Source: the human T2T-CHM13v2.0 reference genome, Homo sapiens. Taken from it: a stretch of 64,000 bases of DNA. Each line of letters begins with the position of its first letter. The stretch's first letter is position 1. The notes under the pieces were generated by a model. It was not told the origin of the DNA, ran no database searches, and was given only the letters and a program-made list of their open reading frames with translations. This document shows, piece by piece, positions 46,919 through 63,090 of the stretch. The translations under genes were made by a program, and so were the position numbers. Location of the stretch: NCBI RefSeq assembly GCF_009914755.1, contig NC_060925.1; one strand, given 5' to 3'.

Positions 46919-47547
46919 AATGATACAAATAAAGACAAAGTGGACTATAAGGGTGCAGACACTAATGGATTATCACCAACAGAAATCTTAGAAGAAAAGA
47001 AACACTAAAGCATTTTCCCAAAGGAGCTCATCATTTTAAAAATGGACTTGACAATATGAAGCGCCTTCTTTGTAACTGTCTCTGACCTTCTCTGAGACTA
47101 GAATTCAGAATAGATAATTTAGACATTTACCTGATACTAATAAAAAATACATATCTATATTTAAAATATAGTTAGTTATATTTAATGACCTCATTCCCAA
47201 GTTCCTTTTTCATTAGTGTAGCTTTCATTTCTATTATCGCTGTTTTAATAATATGATTTAATATGATTAGATAGAAGCTTTGAGCCAGTAGACACTATGT
47301 TACTAAATCAGTACTTTAAAATCTTTGGTCTTCTGTCTTTCATTCATATGAATTTAACTGCTGTTTGCTCTAATTTCTTTGAGTTCTCCTAGTTTGAGTA
47401 GAGTACAATTTTACTGTGAAACAATGCAGCGAGACTGTGCTATGAAGTGAAGGTAGAGTTTTTGGAGGTGATAATGATGTCAAACTTAAAGATACAATTC
47501 CTATCCAACACAACAGAGCACCTTGTCCAGGAGAGTAGTAATTACTA

Positions 47548-47796
<249 letters not shown>

Positions 47797-49397
47797 CTAA
47801 TGTAATAATGAAATTTTAACCCTTGTTGCATTTCTTGTATTCCTATGAATGTATTGAACATTCAGTTTAAATAAATAATAAAATTTATTGCAAATGAAAA
47901 TAATTAAAATATTATATAAATTGTTATATTTGTTTACTATACAAACTTATACATGAATAGTATACAATTAAAATGATAATGAATAAGAATGCATATAAAT
48001 GCTAGTAGGAAGGGCTCAAGCAGGAAAACAAAGAAAGGCAGAAGGAATGAGAAGGCTAGAAGCAGAGGAATGCCAGGAGAAACAGAGACATGTGGGCCTG
48101 AAGGCCTGGGAGCTGAGAAGTGAGTGGTGGCCCACACAACCTTGCCAAGGATCCCATATCCAGGCCAAGGCAGGAGGCTACAGTCCCTGCTGGCATAGCT
48201 GTGCCCAGACTAGCTGCCAATCTCTTCTCCTGGACAATGTGCACTTTGTGTCCATCAGCCCTCAGAATGTGTGGTGCTGTTCACTCAGCCCCTCAGCAGG
48301 CCCCTGAGAGGAGGTGGGGCCATGTCCTTCCTCCAGCCAGAGGTGGGGGGTCCTGCCATGCTCTGCCTTAGAGCCTGAGATTGACTTGTCAAGCTATGTG
48401 AGAACATTTCAGTCACTTCTCTGTCTTCCTGTCAGGAGGGTGTGGCTGAGGCTTGTTTACCTACTGTTGGAGTGTGGAAGGGACTGATTCTTTAAGGGAC
48501 CTGGGGAGTCAACCACTGCCACACCTTGCAAAGACTGGCAGTAATCGGTAAAAATAATAACTAACTCTTATACAGTGGTGTGAAGTTCCACGAGACATTA
48601 ATAGTTTGGCATCTCACTTAATTTTCATGATATTTAGAAACTCAGGAAGCTGAAAGCCAGATGTCTACATAGGCTACATAGCTTGCTTAAGACTAAAAGT
48701 CCAGAGAGAGACAGAGGCTAGGATTCGATCCTAGATCTTCTCCTTCCAAACTCCATACCCTTTCCACCTTACCACAACCAATCAAAAAAATAATTATCGA
48801 GAATGCTTAACTCCATACTATGGTATTTGAGTGAGAAAACATAACGAAAAAGATGCGAGACATCCCACACCATGCCCCCAGCAGACATCACTAGTCAATC
48901 ACAGTACAATTTCCTCTTGCCAGCCTCAGCATCTTTAAAAGAGTCTCCTTTATAATTGATCAGAATTGTCACTTGGGATAAAAGCTATTTTTTGTAAGTG
49001 CCTCCCTTAAATCTCTTGAGCAGGCAAAGTCGACACACATGAAAGTCTTGGAAAGCCAAAAGAGGTGCCTTAGAATCAATAATCAGGTGTAAAGCGCTGG
49101 GATAGATAGAGATTCTGTGCCCAGAAGGAGTTCTGTGTAGAAGAAAGTACGACTAGGACAGCCTTCACAAAGGTGTTAAAGACACTTGTAGAATGATTTT
49201 AATTTAGAAGATGGAGAAAGAGGCAACCCTGGCTGCCCCTCACCTGCTCTCCACCTGGAGAGCTTTTAAAACTGGCTGCCTGGGGCCCCTCCCAGACCAG
49301 TTAAATCAGGCTGTCTAGGGGTGGAGCTTGGGCAACTTTTGTTCTTTTCAATCTCCCCAGAGGTTAGGTTTCCGAAATGCAATGGGGTTGAGAATCA

Positions 49398-50210
<813 letters not shown>

Positions 50211-50771
50211 TGTTCCTGTTTGTCTGCTCTTTCCCAATTAATTATTTCTGACTAATGCCTTTTAACCAATTGAATGTTGCCTTTTCCAGTACTACCTATG
50301 TCCTGCCCCTCCCCTATTCTGAGCCCATAAAAGCCCCAGACTCACCCGCACTGGGGGGACTTTCCTGCCTTTGGGTAGGGGAACCACCCCTGCATCCCCT
50401 CTCCACTGAAAGCTGTTTTCATCACTCAATAAAACTCCCCACCCAGGCCGAGTGGGCAGGCCATCTCCTGCAGCAGGTAGTGTGGCCCACTGAGGCCTGG
50501 GCAGGGTGTCACCAGCCAGAGGTTCCTGGCTTACAAAGTGATGGAGAAAAAATCCTGTGTCACTGGGCCTTGATTTCCACACCCTTGTTAAATGGGAGTG
50601 TCAGATGAGAGGATAATTCTTTCCAGTCTTGAATGAATTCCTTGCTCACTTTTTTGTAATCCCATAGGCTGTATTAATATGTTAGTGTTTATCTTGAGCT
50701 GAAATTATCATTAACAAATTTTTGAGACAGGATAATCTTTGGAGATCCATCTGATCTGGGCCTGAAATAAC

Positions 50772-51078
<307 letters not shown>

Positions 51079-51549
51079 GAAATAACTTTTATGAACATTC
51101 ATGAAGTTCAGAGGGGACCAATTTCCTGCAAATGTCAAAATTGGGAGCCACATGACAGTGAATTATGACTTCTCCCATCTTCCAGTGAAAAATTGAAGAG
51201 ATGAAAGTCCTGCACTGATGACTAATGGATTTACTAGTCTCTGAAAAAACAGATTTAAGAGTTCTTTCCTTGCTTTTCCAGAAAAGTAAAAATCAGTAAA
51301 ACCTCCCAGAGGAATAACTGGGGGTAAAGGGTATAGCCAATTTGGCTTGCTAAAATCCAGGCTTCTTTTTAGGTAAAATGCATGTTTATGGGGGTCAAAT
51401 ACTTAGATGCAAACTCTTGTTTTGTAGCAACTGAAAGAATTCACTCATTATCACCAAGCTTCCCCTAAAAGCCTGAAAATAAAACTTAAAAATGTATACT
51501 CCACAGTGCTTGTAGGATTGAAGGTGTGAGAATTAAGAAGACATGTGTG

Positions 51550-53010
51550 TCTTTGTCCAGATTGTTTTCCTGTGTTTACAAGGCCTTCCCAGCTCTCTTC
51601 TTTGCCTGGCAAACTCCTACTCATCTTTCAAAGCCCAGTTTAAATGTCACCAACTGTGCTAAATCTAGCCCTGAACTCTGGGTAGTAGGAGAATTTTCCT
51701 CTCCTTTGTACCACCTTTACCCAAAAACTTGCATCATACTTACTGCAATTTATCTCTTTATCTGCTCAATTCATGGGCTCCTTGGAAGTTGGGACCATGC
51801 CTTTTCATTCTAGGATCTCTAGCACAGATACTCAATACATGATGAAGGGATACATTCTAAAAGAAATTAGAAATCATTGGTAAATGACCTGCAGGTAGCA
51901 GTGATGGCAGAAAGAGGTATTGCTATTCCATCTAGTGAATAAATAATCAGGACTTGAATAGCACATTAATTATTCCTGAGAAAACCAAATGGATTTGTAG
52001 CTAAATTAGACTTCATTTTTAAAAAATGTTTTTGCCCTCCTATTATCCCACCCTGACACTCAGAACTCTCCTTAATCTGACTGCCAAGACTTTTCTAGCC
52101 TTATCCCCAGAACTTTCCTTCACAATCCCATACAAACTCTGCTGCTTACTCTTCTCCCGCTATGCCTTCATTCCTGCATCTGTGCGACTCGTGCTAGTTC
52201 CTCTTTCTAGGCTGCCCTCTCCCATGTCTGCACCTTCAAACCCACCTTGCATAGCCTTCGAAGGCCTGCTAAAATAGCACTCTCCTTAACACACTGCCCT
52301 GAAATCAGTCCTGCCTGAAAGCGCTCAAACCCATGATCTCGCCTTCTGAACTCCTGCATCTCCTTCTCCGCACCTCCCATGTGGCCCTTAATCACTCTTC
52401 ACCAATGTATGTGCATGCAAGTCTTAGCACCTCAAATAGTGTGCCTCAGGAGGAAGTCCTGGGCTAACCCATGTTTGTATCCCCCAGGGCACTAGCAAAG
52501 CCATTCATGCTCCATTTCATCCACTTTCCCTCCCCTTCTCCTGTCACCACTCAGGCCAAGCCACTATCAACTCCCAGGTGAACATGATAGTCTTTTAACA
52601 TTTCTTTGCCTCTCCATCCAGATTGAGCTTTTAAAAACACAAGTCAGATCACTTCATGGCCCCTGTTTTTAAACCTTCCATGGCTTTGCACTGCTCTCAG
52701 GATATAACCCGAACTCCTTCCCATGCTGCAGGAAGCCCCCTGCCTGCTGCCCTGTGCTCATTCCAGGTCATTTCCCCTCCTCCTCTCCCAAGAACTCCAG
52801 CTACACAGGCCTCCTTTCATGGTTTCATATGAGCCAGCCTCTTCCTCCGCCCGTGTAACACTCTTCCCCCAAGCCTGCCTGGCTAGTTCCTACTCATCTT
52901 TCACTTCCTCAATGAGTGGCCTTTCTAGATCCATGACCTTGCTATGTGCACGGTTCTCTCTGATCATGTATTTGTTACAGTTTGTAACTGTATGTCATCT
53001 GTGACATTGT
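51550..53010 (+). mobile_element. Several L2 fragments
   Basis: gcctggcaaactcctactcatctttcaa; aagtcagatcacttcatggcccctg...aaaccttccatggct. Confidence 0.6.
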
Positions 53011-53044
53011 TTCTGTCCCTCAATGCAGGGGCAGTCTATTTAAT

Positions 53045-53845
53045 CATTACTTGGTGCTGTTAGTAGACGGTCTGTTCAGCCACTGTCCATTCGCCTTCCT
53101 CCTTTTGGTAGAACCCCAGTTCTGTTCAAGCCTCCAGTTTCCTGAAGCCATGCGCTTCAGGAGGGAAAGTCTGCTAAGAATTTCTGGGAAAGATTTCTTC
53201 CCCAGTGATAAAAAATAAAACACATGAGAAGAAACAGCACTTGTTTCTCTACTAGACAGCATTGTGAGATGTGTCTGGAATATGGCAGCTGTCTTATAAT
53301 CATGAGGGGAGACAACTAAGAACAAGCCATTGTCTGAAAGAAAAGAGAATGGAAAATTACAAAGAGCTCAGATGCTTAGTTATGCTGATGAGATGTGTTG
53401 CATTATCTGTTTTCTGCAAATCTGGCTGGGCACAATGGCTCACATCTGTAATCCCAACACTTAGGTGGGAAGATCCCTTGAGGTCAGGAGTTAGAGACCA
53501 GCCTGGGCAATGAAGCCAGACCCCATCTCTACAGAAAAACACTAAAAATTAGCCAGGCATGGTGGCACATGCCTGTAGCCCCAGCTTCTCAGGAGGCTAA
53601 GGTGGGAGGATCATTTGAGCTCAGGACTTCAAAGGCTGCAGTGAGTGATGATCACGCCACTGCATTCCAGCCTAGGTGACTGAGCAAGACTCCATCTCTT
53701 AAAAGATAAAAATAACGTTTTCTACAAGTCTGAAACTGATCTACCTTGGAATTTCTTGTTTGGTTAGATAATAAGTTTGTTTATTGTTTAAGTCATTCAT
53801 ATCAAGTTTTCTATTAGTTATGGTTTAAAATGTTCTGACACACAC
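53045..53845 (+). mobile_element. MLT1 (MaLR) LTR interrupted by an AluJ (53423-53712)
   Basis: gctaagaatttctgggaaagatttc...ggcagctgtcttataatcatgaggg; 3' end ttattgtttaagtca. Confidence 0.65.
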
Positions 53846-54674
53846 ACCACTGGATTCTCGGTACCTAGTACAGGGCTTGGCATATAGCAGGTGTTCAATA
53901 AACATTACTTGTTAAATAAAATTTGTTGAGGCATTGGTTGGGTAACTCAGTTTCATCTCGATATTTTCAAAATTATTCCAAAATTCCAAATAAGCAAGAT
54001 TTGCATATGATTGGTTAACACTACAAACTACTGTTGCATGTATTTATTCAGCTGGAAGCCAAGAACACTCCCAAGACCCTCCTTTTTTTTTCTGAGGAAG
54101 AAGCCTGTAAAATCAAAATAAAACTCATTATTCCTGGGCACTCAGGAAATACTTTTTCATTCCTACATTTAGATTTTAGTGTTCTATCGCTCTTTAACTT
54201 TTTCTGGTACATGAGACTTCTTTCTTAAGCTCCTCAAAGGATAGAGCCAACTCTCCACTGTCCTTCAGTCTTTCGCCATGTTTAGCACGTAGTAGCTGCT
54301 CCGTGATCATTGGCTAATTAATTAAATGAACTGAAAAATGAGAAAACTGAATCCTACTTGGAAAAATATAATTTTGTAAAGTTTGTCAGTATCATGTTAG
54401 TTGCATAAAGTGAGGTACATTTAGACTAGTAGGGAAAAGAACGCACTTTTTTGCCGTCAACTCTAACATTGAGTAGATAGTTTCATTGAGTACAAGACAG
54501 GAAACCCTGAAGGAGGCAGGGAGGAGACCTCATTTATTAGATATAAACTTGGCCTGGATCTCACATGAAGGATACAGAAAAGTCAACAGGGGTCCTGTTG
54601 TTCAGCAATGCTATTGAAAGCCTCAGGGCTTGAAATCGTCTTTCTCCAGGAAGGCAAGTTAGTCCTGTCTAATC

Positions 54675-55233
54675 TGTCGTTGGGTTGGTTTTCCGTTGCT
54701 GCATGACAAATTACCACAAACTTAATGGCTTAAAATAACACACATGTACTATGTCACAGTTTTCATGGGTCAGGAGTCTGGGCACGGCTTAGTTGGGCCC
54801 TGTGCTCAGGGTCTCACAAGGCTGAGATCGAGGTGTTATCTAGGCTGCTTTCTCATCTGGAGACTTGACGGCATCTGCTGCCAAGCTCCCTTGGTTTGTT
54901 GGTGGAATTCATCTGTAGCTATAGAATTCATGAAAGCTTCCTTCTTCAAGGCCAGCAATGGAGGCAGAGAGAATCTCTGCTTCATTAAGTCTCTTACCTC
55001 TAGACCTTCTCTTAAAGGAGTCACCTGATTAGGCCAGGCCCACCCAGAATATTCTCCCTTTTGATTAATTTAAAGCCAACTGCTTAGGGATGTTAATCAT
55101 CTCTGCAAAAATCCCTTCACCTTTGCCATGTTCTATTGATTAAAAGCAAGTTACAGGTCTCTCCCACTCAAGGGGAGGGGATTACACAAAGGCAAGGATC
55201 ATCAGGGATCATCTTAGAATTCCACCTGCCACA
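54675..55233 (-). mobile_element. MLT1 (MaLR) LTR
   Basis: acaaattaccacaaacttaatggcttaaaataaca ... atcttagaattccacctgccaca. Confidence 0.85.
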
Positions 55234-55780
55234 CCTCAGCAGCTCCAGTCTTCTTCCCTGACTTACCAGTGAGATTAATTATTCCTGCCATGTGCACTCA
55301 AGGAGGTTTCTCTCTACCTCTCCTAATGTGTGTTCAAGCACATGTGATTGTAATTACTTGTTTAAACGACTGTCTCTCAACTAGACTGTAAGCCCCGAAA
55401 ATACAAGATCTGTGTCTGATTTTTCCACTGTATCTTTTGTGCCCATGATATGGTGGATTTTTAACATATCTGTTAAATAGCGATGCCATGGAAGGTGCTT
55501 TTAAAGTCAGTGTGATTACTTAATTTGCTTGGCTAAATATATGTGTCCTAGCATCCTAGATGAAAATGAGGGAATGTATAATGCCTATTCATTTAAAGAC
55601 ACCTCATATTAAGCACTCTTTTTCATATTTGTACCCTTTACACACACAATGTCTAGTACCTGCATAGGTGGTCACTCAGTAAAAGTTTGATGAATAAATG
55701 AATGAATGCATAGAGATTAAAGATCTGAATCCTGAATGAAGCAAGTAAATACACTGGATCCTCACTATAAATTGTCCTTT

Positions 55781-56045
55781 GGGCCAGGCACAGTGGCTCA
55801 CACCTATAATCCCAGCACTTTGAGAGGCCAAGGTGGGCGGATCACGAGGTGAGGAGTTGGAGACCAGCCTGACCAACATGGTGAAACCCTGTCTCTACTA
55901 AAAATAGTACTAAAAATAGTACTCAGGAGGCTGAGGTAGGAGACTCTCTTGGACCTGGCAGGCAGAAGTTGCAGTGAGCCGACATTGCATCACTGCACTC
56001 CAGCCTGGGCTACAGAGCGAGACTCCATCTTAAAAAAAAAAAAAA
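55781..56045 (+). mobile_element. Alu with internal deletion and duplication
   Basis: TSD aaattg(t/c)ccttt. Confidence 0.9.
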
Positions 56046-56754
56046 ATTGCCCTTTGACATTTCTCTGCAGATCCAAATCCTGTCCATCTGTCCATCTGTA
56101 AAAGCTCAGCTTAGACTCACATCCTACGTAAAGTCTTCCCTGATGTAAGTTAGTCTCAGTAATTTTTTTCTCTGAATTCCTATAGCATTTTATGATCAAA
56201 CCCCAAAACACAAGCACTCTATCACATTATCTGTTTTCTACCTTATCTATCCAGCTAGCTATAAATAGGTTCTTTGAGGGCAGGGAACAGGCTTTCTATT
56301 TCTTTACATTTTCCACAGAACTGGCACCTAACATCTTATATCAAAGTCTTAATAAATATGTGCTGATCTGAAAAGTAAAAAAGAAATATGGTTGATGTGG
56401 CATGATTCTAGTCCTGCATATCTTAGGAACTTTCCCTTTTTGGATGCAGTTGGCCTTTTCAGTCCTGCATTTTTCGTCTAGAGTACCCATTCACTAAATG
56501 CAATCTAGTCATAGAGCCAGGGATCTCTTTTACATGTGTTCAAAACTCCGTGGGTCTTTTTCTTTAGGAAGATTCCTGTCTCAGGATAGTTTTTGTGTGT
56601 GTTTCCCAAGCCAGTGAGTATCTAAGGGGAAATGATGCTCTAACAAGACAGTTACTGATGTTGAAGGAGTAGAAACTGATCACGTCATTGTACAAAAAAG
56701 CGGAGGGGGCACAGAAGAGTTAGAAATCTACCCCCTATTTAGCAGAACAGAATT

Positions 56755-57015
56755 TTTTAAAAAAATTTAGATTCAGGAGGTACATGTGTAGGTTTGTCAC
56801 GTGGTATATTGCAGGATGCTGAGGTCTGGACTTCTATTGATCCTGTCACCCAAATAGTGAACATAGTACCCGATAGGTGGTTTTTCAACTCTTGCCCACC
56901 CGTCTCCTTTCCCACTTTTGGAGTCCCCAGTGTCTATTGTTCCCATCTTTGTGTTCATGTATACTCAATGTTTAGCTACCACTTATAAGTGAGAACATGC
57001 AAGATTAGATTTTCT
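56755..57015 (-). mobile_element. L1PA (old primate) 3' end
   Basis: ggtacatgtgtaggtttgtcac...tttagctaccacttataagtgagaacatgc; imperfect TSD gca(g/a)aaca(g/a)aattttt. Confidence 0.85.
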
Positions 57016-57139
57016 GCAAAACAAAATTTTTAAAGATTCCCTTTTGCTTTCCCTGTAGTGTCCCTAACGACCGTGTCTGGACATACAATAACTATTTGCT
57101 GAATCACTGAATGAATGAACAAGTGAAGAGTGGACATCT

Positions 57140-57588
57140 GTTAGGGTATATGCCTGTCTCTTCTCTGGGACCTGCCTGTGTAATCCATAGAAGGATGGTA
57201 GGCCCTGTGGCCACATTTGTACTGCCTGAGTCCTGGCTGGTTGGACCCTGGTGGGCATCTGACAAGCTGGCCTCATTAGGTTATGTCTCCTGTGATTCAG
57301 GATTTAGGACTGAGAGGTGTATAAACCTAGGAGCTGCAGTTCTATCATGCTGTGCCCTGAGGCCCCGGAAAGCAGAGGAAGCCAGACTACTCAGAGAGAA
57401 TGGAACAGATGCCCAGCGAGGAGCAGAGACAAGAGACACAGAAACTTTTCAGTCTCCGGTTCCAGCCTTTCCTGAGCCCCATCCAAATTCCTGCCCCAAG
57501 CTTAGACCCTTGCAATAAATTTCAGTGTTTGCTTAAGTTTGCTGTAATTAGTTTTGTTGTATGCCAAAAAATAGACTTGACTAATACA
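57140..57588 (+). mobile_element. MLT1 (MaLR) LTR with intact AATAAA at 57514
   Basis: 3' end aataaatttcagtgtttgcttaag...ttgactaataca typical of MLT1; 5' limit uncertain. Confidence 0.7.
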
Positions 57589-58390
57589 AAGTGAAAAATA
57601 GATGTAAGCCCCAGGCCCAAGACTCTAAAATAATCAATTGCTAAAGAGAGACAGGAGATTCTCAGAAACAAACATAACCATGTGTTACTCAGGAATACGG
57701 AGATGAGGGAAGTGGGGAGGCAATGAGACTCCCCAGAGAACGCTCTGAGGAGGCCAGACATGCACAGATGATGGAAGCCATGGCTTCTGACCAAGGAGAA
57801 ATCCAAATGCTTGGCAGAGATCAAAGGCAGAGTATAAGGAAAGACAAAGCCCAGAGTGAGCTGAGGCTGCATAAAAAAAAAAAAATTACTAAGGACAGCA
57901 CAAAGGTCTTTTTAGTATCAGAGAAAGAAGAGCAGGGAGAGGGAGAGTCATGGCTTGGTGGAGATGGTGTCATTTTCACAGATGTCAGAGTGAAAGCAAA
58001 ACTGCTCAGCTCCTATTTTGCTTCCAGCTATACAGATAATTGAAGACCCAGATAGAGGATGGTGAGAAAGTTGCTAGCTGCTTTAAAGAAATTCATTTTA
58101 TCAAATGTAGACTCGTTAAAAACCAGGAATCGATAGAATTTGTAAGTGTGATCCCTAAAATCTTATCAGCATTGAGATTCAGGAAGCCAGGATGTATGGG
58201 CAAGTATGAGTCCAGTCTTCTAAAAGCTGTGAATTCTAGAAGTGGTATCAAAGACTTATGGGCTGAGCCCTAGAAATAATTATAAAATACAGATTATTAA
58301 ACAAAGGCACTTACAAACCAAAAGGAAGCTATTACATTTAGGAACTAGCATGAGTTTACTCAAAATAAGTCAGGTCAAAACAAACTCTTG

Positions 58391-59134
<744 letters not shown>

Positions 59135-60269
59135 CTCTTTTTCTTTTTTTGAGAGGATTTTCCTGGTAGGTGAATTGGGAAGGTGCCATCTACCAATATC
59201 AGTAAGATATTTGGCCAAGATATTCCTTAGACAATTTACTTGGCTAAATATTATGTTCACTGAATCTTCTTAACATATTAATGTCACCTTGTGCTTTTAA
59301 CCTTTCTATAAACACCTTGAATCAGATTCACAAATAGCTCAAAGTTTGGAGAGAGAGTATCAACATGTACATCAGAATTAAAATATTTCTTGACTCATAT
59401 AGATTCACAAAAGCTCCAAATGGAGTTTGATAAAGACAAATGTAAAGATCGGCTCCTAAGTTTAAAAACCCAACTGCCCAAACATCGGAAGATGACAATT
59501 CTTGACAATTCTTAAAAGCAGTCCATCAGAAGAAGGCCTAGCCATTTGGATTGACTGCAAGCTCAGTATGAGTCAACAAAATCATGTGGTTGCCAAAACA
59601 GCTAATGCAATCTTAGGCTGCATTAACAGAAGTGCACCCAACTCTTGTGTCAGATGGTTCTTGACTCAACAACCTGCCCTAGCCAGAGACATGGGTAATC
59701 TCTCTATTGGCCAGAGCAGGAAACTGGCACCATTCCCCAATTCAAAACAAGCTCTCAAAGATTGTCTTCTGTTCATAGCAACTATTATCTGTCATCCAGG
59801 GCTCTCGTTCTGAACTGACCAGTGTTCCCATCCATTTCCCCAGAACTCTTGGCTCAGATTAGAAGACATTGTCTAGAAAGTCTTTATTTCAGTCTTTTTT
59901 TTTTCATCTGGTCACAGTTCAACTACCAACGCAGACATGGCTTGCACATTCTCCACCAAGAGACACAGGCTCTTCACTCTGGGGCTTAGACTCTTTTCTG
60001 GGTTTCAGGACAGTCAGCAACATGGCCTTCATCAGCAGATCATCTGACAGAAGAGCCTCCCAGAATGATGGGTTCCTTCACTTCCTTCTCAGCACTAGGG
60101 TTGGGCTTAGCTTGTCCAGGACTTTCACCTACTTGAGAGGTTGACAGCACACACCAGGGCCATCATCCCACTGACCGCATCAGAGCTGTGGTTCCCCATG
60201 CAGGGATATATACCATCAAGAGCTTGCGAGATCATTTGAGGCACTACATGGACACACATTTTTATCATA

Positions 60270-60745
60270 ATATTTATTGTTTTACTTTAGTTCCTTAATT
60301 TTTTTGGAAAAAGAATATATTCACATGGTTCAAAAATTAACAAATACAAAAAATTTTCCTCCTCTCAGTGTCAAACTCTTCCTGCCCATCAGAAACCACT
60401 TTTATTAGTTTCTTGGTATTCTTCCCTCAGAGAAGATTTTAAGCATATGCAAATGCAGACCCTCTGTCCCCTCCTCTTCTACGCACATATCATTAGAGGT
60501 AAAGTTCTGCTTCTCACTCTTTAACAACAGTCTCTTATCAGTACATAGAAAGCTTCCTCATTCTTTGTTTATGGCTGTGTAATTTTCTGTCGTATAATGA
60601 GTGCCCCATTTTCCAATTCCAATACAGTGTCTCCAATTGTATACTATCATCATATTGTGAGGAATGTTCTTGTATATACATCATTTCACACGTCTGTAAA
60701 CATATTTATAGGATAAACTTATAGAATTAGAATATCTGAGTCACA
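60270..60745 (-). mobile_element. Old L1M (L1MC/ME) fragment
   Basis: tattcacatggttcaaaaatt...aaccacttttattagtttcttgg...ttcctcattctttg. Confidence 0.6.
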
Positions 60746-60857
60746 GTGTTTATTTATTCTAATGTGCATTTTTTTAAAAGTATAACTAGCACACCAAATC
60801 CACAATTTCATTATTAGCATTTTTTATAATGAGGGTAGGTTTTAAAATGGTGAATCA

Positions 60858-61155
60858 GGCTGAGCACGGTGTGTCATGCCTGTAATCCCAGCACTTTGGG
60901 AGGTTGAGGCGGGTGGGTCACGAGGTCAGAAGATCAAGACCATCCTGCCTAACACGGTGAAACCCCGTCTCTACTAAAAATACAAAAAAATTAGCTGGGC
61001 ATGGCGGCGGGCACCTGTAGTCTCACCTACTCTGGAGGCTGAGGCAGAAGAATGGCGTGAACCCAGGAGGCGGAGCTTGCAGTGAGCCAGGATCGTGCCA
61101 TTGCACTCCAGACTGGGCGACAGAGAGAGATCTGTCTCAAAAAAAAAAAAAAAAA
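60858..61155 (+). mobile_element. Alu (AluY/Sc-like)
   Basis: dimer with A-tail; partial TSD tgaatca. Confidence 0.95.
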
Positions 61156-61619
61156 TTATGAATCAGTGAGAGAGAAATATTAAGCAAATCTCAGCATTGG
61201 TGGTTTGAAAATATGGCTAAAAATTATGAAAGTAGTAAGTAAAGGGCTGGAGTTTGAGAAACACTGACCTAGAACAGAATTATCACATTCCCTACCAGAA
61301 GCTCCTAAAGTCTGTATTTCTTACAGGGTTCAAAGTTGTCATAGGTAGGGTACCGGGAAAGAGAGAGCTTTGAGTTAAGGGATTTGGGTTTGAATCTTGA
61401 TTTTCCTCTAGCTGGCTGTGAGTCTTGCAGCCTCATTTTTCTTATGTGGAAAGGTGTGTTGCTTGGTGGCTATTATAATTCAGCCAGTCTGAGTGAATTT
61501 GGGGAAGAAAGAGAAGTCAGAATCTTTGTTCTGGCTAGCACCTTTCCCTTTCAACATGCCTTCTCCATAAACACATTTATGATGGCAGCCTGAAATTAAG
61601 CCAGATACAGTATATAATC

Positions 61620-61772
61620 ATGTGTGTGACCTGTGCAGTCACACAGGGGCCCATGCTTAGAAAGTCCCCACCCTTGCTTTCTTTGCTGTCACCATCTTAA
61701 AATTCTTAATAATTCAGAATAAGAGGCCCATATTTTCATTTTGCATGGAGACCCTGCAAATTCTGTAAGCAC
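61620..61772. mobile_element. MER91-like DNA transposon
   Basis: gacctgtgcagtcacacagggg...tttcattttgcatgg..ccctgcaaatt. Confidence 0.6.
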
Positions 61773-62785
61773 TCACACATGGCCTCCTCCCTCCTATCAT
61801 CCACCTCCACCTACCAACTGCCTCCTATTGCTCTTGAAGGTTACTGCTGTGTGAAGCCTCCCACCCTTGGGGCCATCTAAGGAAGCTAAAGCTTGGTCAC
61901 TTCTGCTGTGGTCTGGAGTCCCCTCTGCTGACACCATCTGTCCCAGTGCTATCTCTCTCATGGCCTTCTCTATAGGATGCTCTCAATGTCACTCAGGAGA
62001 GTGGCTTTGGGAGGCTAGTACCAACTTCCCCTGGGTATTCTGGGGGGTCTTCACTGATCAGAGCCTGGGTCTGGAGGCACCTTGGTGATGTTTTTCCCCA
62101 TTAGGCCCCTGAGCTCTATGGAAGCACTTAACTGCCTGTTCCCCGCTTATTCTGTGTTTAGACCAAGGAAGCAACATGCCTGGGGTCTGAAATCCTGGAT
62201 TCAAATCCTGACTGTGTTTTGTGCTACCCGAGTGAACTTTCACAAGTCCCTCCAATTCTCAAAAGCTTCAGTTTCCTCATCTGCAAAGTGATTATAGAGC
62301 AATGCCTAACTTGCTGGTTTATTGTGAGACTGAAATTTATGACAGAAAAATGAGCATAGCCTTTGTTTGTTTCATGGGGTGTTAGTCCTCTGTCCTGACA
62401 TTCCCACCTCCTACTCCAGGCTGACTTGAGCGAAGGGTTCATAGAGTGCTGGGTACCACCTCCTCAGCTGGCCTGTGGACACTCAATTCCACCTCTGTCC
62501 AAACTCCAAGCAGTTTTCTCTCAGCTGCAGTTTGCTCTGTAGCCATTTCATCCTTAGAATTCCTAGCACGCAAAAGGTTTGCAGAATAGTTCATCACACT
62601 GCAGTACTATTAAAGCCATATAGTTCATGACATAGTCCAGGGTCATTAAATGCTGTGGAAGTCCCCTTTCACACAGAACACTGGACTTTCTACTTTAGAA
62701 TTGATTGTCATTTGTCACTAAACAGTTTCTCATACTTCTCCGCCTCCCTGTTTGGATTGTCTGCTTAGTACAATCTGCTTAGTAA

Positions 62786-63090
<305 letters not shown>

